Position numbers and translations under genes: made by a program. Below are positions 45,001 to 57,000 of a DNA stretch of 64,000 nt, piece after piece. Source of the stretch: Ophelia neglecta (lineage: Eukaryota); NCBI GenBank assembly GCA_965285935.1, contig OZ260662.1, positions 70,990,001 through 71,054,000 of the forward strand. The letters are read 5' to 3'. The stretch's first letter is position 1, and each line of letters opens with the position of its first letter. The notes beneath the pieces are model-generated. The model was not told the origin of the DNA and made no database searches. It saw nothing but the letters and a program-made list of their open reading frames with translations.

Positions 45001-48000
45001 CAACGGGAAATATTTATGGATTGTCCATGCCATCTTCAATCGTACAATGTCCTTGTGGTAAGTAGATACATTAATAATTGTGTATATGTTCTTCCGGGTA
45101 TTGTAGAGTTGGGGGTGATTGTGGGTGGGCAGGTGGTGTATTAGTCTACCCTATCTCGAGTAAGTAAACAGATTTTATGTTGTTGTTTAAATTAAAAGGT
45201 TCATATCCTGATAAATCATTACCTGTTGTTCCTTCTGGGGCAGTGGTTGTTCCTGGACTTGTGGTCGATACGGCAGTTGTGGTTCCTAGGACACATTTTT
45301 GTTAATTTATAGCCAGCTTTAAAATGCTAATATACAGTCAACGCGTTAAACATTAACGATAACCATAGCCAATATATAGGTTGAAACTGTTATGATGAGA
45401 CCAACAGGTAGTCTCCTAAGAATGATATTGCATATTAATATTTTCAACGGGAAATATTTGTGGATTGTCCATGCCATCTTCAATCGTATAATGTCCTTGT
45501 GGTAAGTAAATACATTAATAATTGTGTATATGTTCTTCCGGTATTGTAGAGTGGGGGTGATTGTGGGTGGGCAGGTGGTGTATTAGTCTACCCTATCTCG
45601 AGTAAGTAAACAGAGTTTATGTTTATGTTTAAATTAAAAGGTTTATATCCTGATAAATCATTACCTGTTGTTCCTTCTGGAGCAGTGGTTGTTCCTGGAC
45701 TTGTGGTCGATACGGCAGTTGTGGTTCCTATGACACATTTTTGTTAATTTATAGCCAGCTTTAAAATGCTAGTATACAGTCAACGCGTTAAAGATTAACG
45801 ATAACCAGAGCGAATATATAGGTTGAAACTGTTATGATGAGACAAATGTTGGTGAACTCAGTGAAAGGCTTTCTTCTTTAAGAATGTTATGCTCAATCTT
45901 TGCATTGTTTAATCGACAAAAATACACTACCTGGATGATAACAGGCAGTTAGTTCAAAAGTGATCAAAACTGGCAACGTTTCATCCAGAGGGTTGACGAC
46001 AATTTTAATTTGTTCAGCAATAGTTCCTTCGGGGAACTCAGGGGCCTCTCCAGGACTGAATTGCTAAAAATATATGTTTGCACCTCGACTATTATATGCG
46101 GTCAGGGTGTTAAATGTTGATACAGGCATTATCATTCAAATCAACAAAACTGTATTTGCGAAGGAATGCGTTTAAAAATCTTACATCTGGTTCCCCATCG
46201 CCATCAAGATCTACAGGTATCCATGTTGTTGATCCCTCGGGCATAATGTATACTTCAAAAGTGTTGACATTTTCTGTCACAGGAACCAGCTGTCCAAGGT
46301 TTGGAGCCTCGGGGTAGCCATCACTTGTCAGGTCAACTACAATTTCCTTGATTGGTTCATCAGCAGGTATGTTCAATGGGTTGTTATCGCTTGGTCTGAC
46401 AGAGCCGGTGCTTCCGCTTGGCACATTAATATTTTCGTCGGGAATTATTTGTGGATTATCCATGCCATCTTCAATCTTGCAAGGTCCTTCTGCCATGTAG
46501 ATGATTAAATAGTATCTTATTTTTTCGACTGATTTAAAGTTGGAAATTCTTTCGTTCTTTTAATCAAATCAATTTTATATTTCTGGTTTGAGAAAAGTAT
46601 GAGATTTGCAAAGGTAGGTTACCTGTTGTTGTTCCCGGGGCAGATGTTGTTCCTGGACTAGTCGTCGATCCTGCTGGTGTAGTTCCTAAGCAATTAAAAT
46701 GTCAATCGAGAAACTTTCAATTATGTAATGGATAATTATGTTTTCGACGTATTCAATGGCAAAGCATTTAAACAACAAATTGTGAACCGATGATCAATCA
46801 TTTTTAAATGATAGCATCAGTAATCTTTACTGAATGTGTGATATTTTGCTGTATATACACATTATTCACTTGAGAAAATATTGTTTGATATGACGTTAAT
46901 GTTATGCGCAAGGTTGACTTGATTGTCTCCTAAGAATGATATTGCATATTAATATTTTCAACGGGAAATATTTATGGATTGTCCATGCCATCTTCAATCG
47001 TACAATGTCCTTGTGGTAAGTAGATACATTCATAATTGTGTATATGTTCTTCCGGGTATTGTAGAGTTGGGGGTGATTGTGGGTGGGCAGGTGGTGTGTT
47101 AGTCTACCCTATCTCGAGTAAGTAAACAGATTTTATGTTGATGTTTAAATTAAAAGGTTCATATCCTGATAAATCATTACCTGTTGTTCCTTCTGGGGCA
47201 GTGGTTGTTCCTGGACTTGTGGTCGATACGGCAGTTGTGGTTCCTAGGACACATTTTTGTTAATTTATAGCCAGCTTTAAAATGCTAGTATACAGTCAAC
47301 GCGTTAAACATTAATGATAACCATAGCGAATATATAGGTTGAAACTGTTATGATGAGACAAATGTTGGTGAACTCAGTGAAAGGCTTTCTTCTTTAAGAT
47401 TGTTATGCTCAATCTTTGCATTGTTTTATCGACAAAAAGACACTACCTGGATGATAACAGGCAGTTAGTTCGAAGGTGATCAAAACTGGCAACGTTTCAT
47501 CCAGAGGGTTGACGACAATTTTAATTTGTTCGGCAATAGTTCCTTCGGGGAACTCAGGGGCCTCTCCAGGACTAAATTGCTAAAAGTACATGTTTGCACC
47601 TCGACTATTATATGCGGTCAGGGTGTTTAATGTTGATACGGGCATTATCATTCAAATCAACATAACTGTATTTGCGAAGGAATGCGTTTTTAAATCTTAC
47701 ATCTGGTTCCCCATCGCCATCAAGATCTACAGGTATCCATGTTGTTGATCCCTCGGGCATAATGTATACTTCAAAAGTGTCGACATTTTCTGTCACAGGA
47801 ACCAGCTGTCCAAGGTTTGGAGCCTCGGGGTAGCCATCACTTGTCAGATCAACTACAATTTCCTTGTTTGGTTCATCAGCAGGTATGTTCAATGGGTTGT
47901 TATCGCCTGGTCTCACAGAGCCGGTGCTTCCACTTGGCACATCAATATTTTCGTCGGGAAGTATTTGTGGATTATCCATGCCATCTTCAATCTTGCAAGG

Positions 48001-51000
48001 TCCTTCTGCCAGGTGCATATATAATATAGTTTTTTACCGCGTCGGGGAGGAAATTTGTTCTTCTTTTTACTTAATTTAACGAATTATCATGATTCTGGTG
48101 TGAAAAGAGGAGTTTTCAAGAGTAGGTAACCTGTTGTTGTTCCCGGGGCAGATGTTGTTCCTGGACTAGTGGTCGATACTGCTGCTGTAGTTCCTAAGCA
48201 ATGGCAATCACAAAACATACTATTATATAAAAGATTTCTAGGTGTTTGACGTTTTTGATTATTCATGCAATCTGCAAGCGTGCATATTCCTTCTCTTTAA
48301 TTAATAAATGATTTAGAATATTCTCACTCTATGCATGTTTTCAAAATATCTCTAACAGGTACATTCTTGCTATCCTATTGGGTTAAGGAAATGTGCAAAC
48401 TTCAAACGGAATCTTACCCGTTGTTGTACCAAGGGCGGTTGTTGGAGGAGTGATCGATACTGGAGTTGTAGTTCCTAAGCGAAACATAATGTGAAAAAGA
48501 AATATATCTTCTAAATAAAGGACAAACACAAGATACATATGATTGTGATGTAATGTAATACAAGTAAAAATGATCAATCATGTATAAGGATTATAATAGT
48601 GACAAATTTAGTATTAGTGTAAGACTTATTTTTTTTATGAACAACGCTTTAAGCTGAAACAATCGTCGCCGAGTTCATGATCCTTACAAATTGGATGGTA
48701 TTGCTTGTGCGGTAGGTCAGATGAAACAGCATTGCTTCCTCGAAATTACATATGGTGTTTGAATCAAATGGTTTTTCAAAAGGTATAATGGATTTCGTGT
48801 CCATTCCAACGCCATGAATATCATTCTGATGTCGGTGTATAGAGAGAAATGAAAACTACATGGATGAGAGCAGGCAGTAAAGTCAAAGGCGTAAGAAGCG
48901 GCGATGTGACACCTGGAGGGTTGAAGATAATTTTGGCAATATATTTTTGGGAACTCAACGGATTCCCAATGAGAAAAATGTCTAACAAACTGTTTCAGAA
49001 CCACCTGTCATGTGTAAATGCTTGTTACTACATTTCTTGCAGCCATTATATTTCAAATACACAGGCATTGTATATCTGAATTGGTTGCGTTATTAAATCG
49101 TACATTATCTTCCCCGTCACCATCAAGATCTAGAGGTATCAATAGTGTTTATCCCTCGGGCAGAATAAAAATTTCGAATGTTTTTGTAACAAGAATCAGG
49201 TTTTCAAGTCTTGGAACCTTGGAGTAGCCATCATTTGTCAAGTTATCTACAATTTCCTTGTTTGGTTCCTTAGCCGGTATGTTCAATGTCACTTTAATAT
49301 TTTCTTCGGGAATAATTTGTAAATTGACTTTGCCATCTTCAATCATACACCGTCCTTCTTGTTAGTTGATAAATGATCTAGGATATTCTTGTTCGGGGAC
49401 GAATTGCATCTTTTCATCCTCCATTAGGTAAAGTGTCGCAAACCAGGTTGCTAAATGACATAAGTAAAACATCAAGTCTTACCTGTTGTGCCAGGGGCAG
49501 TTGTTGTTCCTGGAGGGGTGGTCGATGCTGCACTTGTAGTTCCTAAGCGAAAAAAGTATGTAAAATAAGAAACAGTCATCCGATTAAAGGAATAGATAAG
49601 TGCCCGAATAGTGAAATTTTCAAAAATACATGTAGGCAAATTCATGCAGTATAGTTGAAAGTGAGACAAAATGAGATTGCGGCCTAAAAGTGATGCTCTG
49701 GTTTTACAAAAGGGTTAATAAGTTCTGCCATTACTCGATATATAAACATCGTTATAAGCGATTTCTTTTTTGTCGATTATAAAGTTTGCCGCGCCGCGTT
49801 TAAACTTAGCCACATCCTCATGGCCCAATGGGGCCGAGTAAACTGCATACGCACTGCTATACAGCAGAATGAAAAGTCTACTGTAAAACCGTTATATTTG
49901 ATAAGCCATTATTATGAGAATTTGAGAGTATGGTGAATTATAAGGGAACATCTGGGACATCGTAAGGGGAATTGTAGACACATTTAAAACACGAAAGTAA
50001 TTGATATCGTTTCCCCCCTTGCCCGGAACACAGCACTGGTTATAACAAAGATGACACAGTAGCACGGATACGGTGGAAATAATCGTGATATTGATAGTAA
50101 TAAAGTGATTTTGTCGGGTGAATGTTACATAAATGGTATTTTGGCCATGATTATCGGCCTTTCTGCTAATCCTTGATGTCGGGCCTACAACACAACTCAC
50201 ACAGTAGAGTTAAAAGCTAAAAATGAGGTAGATGAGGCATATTTGAAGTAGACGAATGACTTCTATACTACTTGTAAAAATATGTTTCGTTTGTTTTGGG
50301 GTGTTCAGTATTATAATTCCGATGTTGAGGAAAGCAAAACCAGAGAAAGATCTGAATGAATGTAAGTGAAACATTATCGGATGCGATGCATTAATTTTAT
50401 GTTAAAAGGCAATTTCTGAAACTATAGTGTAACCACACAGATACTTTATGAGCAGCTGACGGCAAGCCTGAAATATTGAGATTCACTAATGCGTTCTTAA
50501 ATAATGTTTCACGCTGTTTCTACATGAAGTAGCGAATTAAAATATAGTCTCAAAGATACAATAAATCTAAAGGAAACGAATAACATTGTAAATAAACGTC
50601 ACTATATGCTGAACTCTTACTGTAAAACCGCTAGGGGGAGCTGGTCTAGACTGACTCCATTACATAAGAGACAAAATTCAACTCAACAAAATGAGGAAAA
50701 CATATAAAGGCAGGGTTTAGAGCCAAATACTTATCATTCTATAAAAAATCTCTCAAACAGATAATCGAGGCAAACATCAAGGGAACAGCTAATTATCACA
50801 AGGGTAGTGTTTGTATCAAAGGTCCAAGCTACGGATCCATAATGACCATAAAATAAAACCGGGCACACGTTTTGTCTAACTGTCACTACAATACTAAATC
50901 AATAATTTTGGGAGCTAACATAATAGCCAATACAATCATATAGGTGAGGGTTCTAGATTAATATAATGACTACAACCTCCCGAAGTTCTCGTCAAATCAA

Positions 51001-54000
51001 GAACGCGAGTTCCTCCTATTGGGAACGTTGTGGTAGCGGTTCCACTAGCCATGAATGTGGACCCTGTCACTGTTGTTGTCGCTGTAAAATCAAAGCTATC
51101 AGAATCACTACATTGCGCTATAGGTAATCAAAAAGTGGTTTTATAGTTGCATGTTTGTAGGGAATTAATACATCTGATGATAATATAATATGAGAAAAGT
51201 CGTGGTCTTCATGTTGAGTGTGGTTGTTCAATAAATCCTCTTGATCATTCGGTACGGTTATAAATATTTGTTCTCATAAAACTGACACGACTTAATTGTG
51301 GGACTAAAATAGAAAGGTGTGATTGCAAAACAAACAATTTACATTCATTAAAAACGCAAGTAGTTTATACTACACTACAAAACTATACCCTAACATAAAT
51401 ACCCATAAGTTTGATTAAACATTGCTAAAAATGTCAGAGGTATTTGAATGTACATACATGTACATACATTTCAACCTGGCAAGGAAAACACCTTAATCCC
51501 ACGGGGAGTAACACTTAGGACAGTTTTAGCAAACGAGAATGCCTCACGTTTGTCGTAACCGTGGACGTTTGATTTGTAAAATTAAGCAGGGCTTTGTTGG
51601 CTTAGCGAAAATATTCAAAACCACTTTAACAAAATAAATTCATCTCTCAAATTTGTCAATATTTTTATCTGGAATGGTAAGCGTCTTAGATCGCCAGTAG
51701 TCGAGGAGAAATAATACGTACGTATGAACTTGATTTACAACTTGGTACACGACTAATAATTTACAACGCTATGCTGACTAAGGGTTTATGGGTAAAGATT
51801 ATAGGCAACATGCAAACATATATGGTTAAATTCTTGTGACGGGGGAATATTAAGGGTATGAAGGGAATTGCTCAATAAGGCTCGGTTCATAAACTAACTA
51901 CTATCTATAACAACCTCCTTCCATTCTTGTCAAATCCAGTACTTGTGATGCTCCAAACCCGAAACTGGTGGTTGAAGAAATCCCAAACTCGGTACTAGTC
52001 ATAGTCCCTGTTTGTAAATATTCCACAAATGTGTAAGAATTCTTGAATATGAGATTGTATGTGGGGACATATGACATAAAGCAAAGGCGATTGGAAATTG
52101 AATAGGATCTTCATTTGGGTGATCAAATACATTAAATATATACATGTATATATATATATATATTGTACACTGATAAAATCTGCAAATAAGAGGAAATGGA
52201 CATGGAAAAGGATAAAAGGCATACGGGTTTTAAAGTGCCACGTTTGCTATTGCTTTCTTATATTTATTGAAAACAACGACCAAATTTAAGACGTAGTCTC
52301 GCAATGTAAAAGAAGAGTGGGATAGTTTGATGGTGGCAATTAATCAGGCTGGCGATGAATAAGCTCCGTTCGAGATCCAGTTCTTCTTGATCCCAAGTGA
52401 TCATTTTGTGTAAATAGAATAGTTTTGTCATTACTTGAATCAATACGTTGTTTATAATTTGCAAAAAAATGACTGAATATGTCTCTGATATGTAACCACC
52501 TATTTTTCTGGACTTATAAATATGGCAGACATGTTAGAGCTTTATTCATTTAATATCCATTAAATGATTGTTACGAACAGTGATGCATGTTCTCCTTGGT
52601 TTGGCTGTTCGAATCATTTAATGATGTCTAACAGGAAATCAACCATGGAGCTACCACAAAGGTGTGATATTATACTGCCCTCAACAAAGGTACTTGCAAT
52701 CTGGGACACTGCGCCAATTCGATAGTAAAAGTCTAAGAATAGCAGCTAATTTTTTTCCGACGTACCCCGTCTGAATTCGAAGGGAAAGCCATTTGAAAGA
52801 AAGTTGCTTCAAAAGCCAGCATGCTGAAGTCAAGCCCGATTTGAAAAAGCTAGTCCGGAAGGTTCGTAGACTTTGTTTATCTTAAACCGCATTCTGTGTC
52901 AGCTTTTTTGGCTTTTCATAAAAATCCCTTCCCCCTTTTATAAGACTTAGCTAGCTGACAAAATGTGTTAATATAGTGTCATGATATCATGAAGTCTTAG
53001 CCTATGTTAGGTGAGAATCTCTACGAAACTGAAATGAAGAGCATCATTACGGGTGTCAATTTCGAGGTGAAAGACAAACTCTCAAACAATAAAAATTTGT
53101 GGCCCAGCTCAAGCACTTAAAAACAGGTTGTCTTATTCATTCTGGAATCTCCAGGTTGAGCAATGATTCATGACAAAAGGTGGGGTCTATACGCCAAGAT
53201 CGCACCCACAGGCTTATCATCAATGACAATGTACAGATACAATTGTCCAACTGTGACAAAGTTGGCGGATGAATATTGGGACAAAGTCACGATCTAAATT
53301 TTTGACTTGCGGAGAACAGCAACTTGATCAACCGAGGCCACTTTTGTCAGTGATTTTTTTCGGGGATGGTAGGCCTATAGGTAATAATCCAGCCTTCTCG
53401 ACTATTGATTCCCCGAAGAAGGTTTTGCCTTCTCCTCTTTAAATTGACATTCTTGGTCTGCTTTGAATGTTTCGACATAGCGGCCCTCAAGATTCTCATC
53501 GTGCACTATTATTATTATCTGTCTGGCAGAGACTGAAAATACCCTTCATACTGGTGTCTCTGGCTTTTGAACTGTGCAATGGATGTTGCGTGGTATAAGT
53601 TTTATTTTGTAAAATCGGCTTGATGCAGGGTCAAGGGAGCGTAGCGTCGGGCCAGCTCATTGAAGTCAACGCCAGTACAGAGCGCCACACTCAGGTAGCC
53701 GATATGGTGTCCTTCCGGTAATCTCATGAAATTGCCACGTGACCACCACGCGGCAGTAAGCATGGTCTCATGCTTCTCATGCAAAAGGCATCGCGCCTCA
53801 CACATGTCCCGGCAAATTCTTGAGTTAATTTCATGTTTTATTTCTTTGTTATATACATTATTTATAATTAAGCTAGTACATTTTGATATTGATAGGAACA
53901 AAGTATAAAACAAATACCTTCAGTCGTTGATGCTGTGCTGGTTCCCAAGGAAGGAGATGTTGATGGTGTGGAGGTAAATGGTGTGGTGGTCGAACCTAGG

Positions 54001-57000
54001 GTGGTTCCGCCTATAGAATAATACAAGATCAACCTTTAAGATGAATTTTCTTATAACTTTTAACATGAAAATCATATACATTTTGCAACAATAATGTTTT
54101 TAATGATATATCTTTCTAGCAAAGTAATGTTATCACTATAAATTGCCGTATAAAAACAAACGTAGTTTATGAAGGGGAAACTTACCGCAACATATGACTA
54201 CATATGCCCCAGATATCATGATCGTATCATCGCCATTTCGAACAGCGACAACCTCGAAGTCGTTTCCTTCGTACCCTTGTCCGACATCTTGTTGTCCGTT
54301 AATAAACTCGCCATCACGTACGGCGGTCTGGTTTGAAAGGGGCAAAAAATTTCTGATAACATGGAATAGGCTATATGTAGGTCTGAGCACGTCCCATTTA
54401 ATTTCCAAGTACAGTGAAACCTGTGTTTGTGGTCACCTGTGTAATAAGGCCACCTGCCCACTAATGTCACTAAAAATAGCCCAATCGTCAGTTATGCTGT
54501 CTTAAATGACCTGCCTATTAAGGTCACCTGCATAATGTGGTCAGCTTTTTCCAGTTCCTTGACTGACCTGATTAGACAGGTTTCACTGTATTGGTTATTG
54601 CTTGGATTCATATTTATACAAATGCGTGCCTTTTGATTGATTTATTATCATTGCCCCTTAACCATTACATGCTTAACACGTGGACACTACTTATCGTTTA
54701 CACTTTTAATGTATTGTTTTCTATGACGCTGCCCCGCTGACTGTTTACCTACCGCATTTGACATTGCGTTTCCAATCCTGATGAGAACGCTGCCAGCGCC
54801 GGTTGGATAAAATCCAAATTCGACTATCTCTGGTTCCGCACATGGTTCTGCCAGCTTCATGACGAAACTAACTTGCTCAATGCCGCTTGGGGCAACCCAT
54901 CCATCCGTATTGGGTGAACCGAGAAGTCCGTCACTGGCATCTTCGGTCACACTTCCATCGGAATCGGAGCCCACAGCTTCGAAATTCACAGTACCAAGAT
55001 CCAAAGTGTCGAAGTTCAGGACTCGGCTGTTCGCACAAGGTGGAACGATGGAAGTCGCCACTGTTGAAACTGTGGCTAAACGAAATAAAAACATTGTGTT
55101 TTAAACAGTGGACGTTTATTCAGTTGAATGACCATGGTATTTTCATTGTACATGTACGTGTAGTTCGACATTCGGAGCCTTTCTTTATTTGAAATGTATG
55201 GTTGCACAGTTAAAAAAAGTTGTATATAATGTCACTTGAATATGTTGTCATCCGCACCCCCACGCATATACCAACGTGTAATAATTCATAGGACTGTATT
55301 ATATATTTAAACACTTACTGAGTCCATGCTCACAAACTTCGATAACCACATCCTTCAATTGTGGAATGTTCCCATCAGTCGGCGTCAATAATAGTACCAA
55401 AACGTAAGGGATCATGTTGTCTTCATAGTTAAAGTTTATTTCTCCGGACGGCCAAAATTCATCTTTGCTCACTAACGTAGTTGGGGTAATCTGAAGTCAC
55501 AGCGAAAAATAATTGTAAAGTGGGAGAAGCATGGTTCATGCATATCTAAAGGATTTTTTTATGTTGTTCTCGACCAATTAATCTTTGATTTAGCGCCTAC
55601 ATTAATACAGGATGTGGGGTACAAAATGAGGAAATATAGTCTTTGTTGCAAGAAAAATGAAGTCATGTTAGAGCAAAAGTTGTTATAATGTTCATGGCTT
55701 TAATTTACTTTCAGTATTTCAGAATTGGTTAATAATATTACGATTAATAACATCAACATTAATATTTGGCAGATACAATTTTCTGGATACTTTAGTATTG
55801 TGATTGTGTACGTTGTGATTAAAAAGTACTCCCCGGAAATAACCATGGACATTTCAAGTTCAAACAGAAGTATTTGTTATTTATATTAATGAATATTATC
55901 AGCCCTTAATATTCCTTATGCATACAATAATGGCGCCGGATGGGCAAAACGAGCCATGCCACAAATCAACCTAACTGCTCGTTTTTGATAATTGAGAAAT
56001 GGTTCCAAATATGATTTACAGGCACTTCCCACACAATAATCCAGATAAGGATATAAAAATGAATAATAAGGTGACTTTAATGCTCCCTTGGTGATAATTA
56101 TCCGAACAGACTTGTCTAAGTATTGTAAAAACGAAATTACGAGCATGTCACCTAACGTATAGAACCCTTTCAGTAAAAGGCTTTATTTTACATGAAAATC
56201 CTTGTAAAACACAGCTTAATTGGGCGGTATTTATCACGTGCGTGCCATAACCAACGAATCAAACTTGACACTCCAAGTTATCCACTGTAACAGGTGAACA
56301 TTATGTGCCATGCTGTACCAACGTGGCTGCTCTGGCTAAATTACAGCCTGATACTCCCAAAGTATCCCAGCATGCAGCCCCGTCTTCCGTTTCTCGCCAG
56401 ATGGCATTAACATAAAAAAATATTCTCCTGCATATGCCCTATTCGGAAGCCGCCTTCGATCATAGCCAAAGGAAATTCAATGTTCAATTCAATTTATATA
56501 CCATATTCGCCTTATGAATATAGAAACATTATTAATTAAATGTATATGTACCTATTATAAAGTCACGAATAATATTACAACATCATTAGCTTCAAAACTG
56601 CAGAGCAGAAAACCAAAATGTCATATATTTCATCACAGCAACAAAGGAAACATGCATTAATGTTCGATAAAATAACGACGGTCTGTATATTTTACAAATG
56701 TGCTAAAGCGAGTGTGAGGGTGGGAGGGTTAAATGTGATGTGAAATGTGTATATATAATGAGGTGCTAGGTTTCTATTGTGATACTGTGATTCGATGATT
56801 AAGTTGTAGATAAATGGAGTTATAATTAAATAATTATAACTAGAAATATTGTGGAGAAGAAAGATCTTTGTTGGTTTTCTAAATAAGTGCGTTGGGTAGT
56901 TTTAATTTAAATAATTATGGCATAGATATGTATAATCCATTCTCTATATCTATGATTATGGGTACCGAAGATTCGAAGGCTTTTTTCATTACCTTTCAAA

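Noticed and set aside
143-48018. Tandem cluster of independent small genes (96-136 aa MDNPQ... ORFs)
   Set aside because: Conservation between subfamilies stops exactly at AG/GT splice sites, ORF tails vary freely, and phases match neighbouring exons. These are internal exons.
60-48079. Recurrent plus-strand ORFs (MNCHIC..., MFGSS..., MLNVS..., MHLDYY...)
   Set aside because: They are antisense shadows of exons or intronic ORFs repeated only because the DNA is repeated. They are gained and lost by single substitutions.
1-48193. CRISPR array or prokaryotic repeat system
   Set aside because: There is no short repeat-unique spacer structure and no cas genes; the organisation is spliceosomal exon-intron.
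49892-50200. 102-aa minus-strand ORF with a plausible acceptor near 50184
   Set aside because: No recognisable domain or linker composition and no convincing donor.
53602-53913. Overlapping ORFs in a moderately GC-rich intronic segment
   Set aside because: No recognisable protein; possibly a repeat fragment, but no termini were identified.
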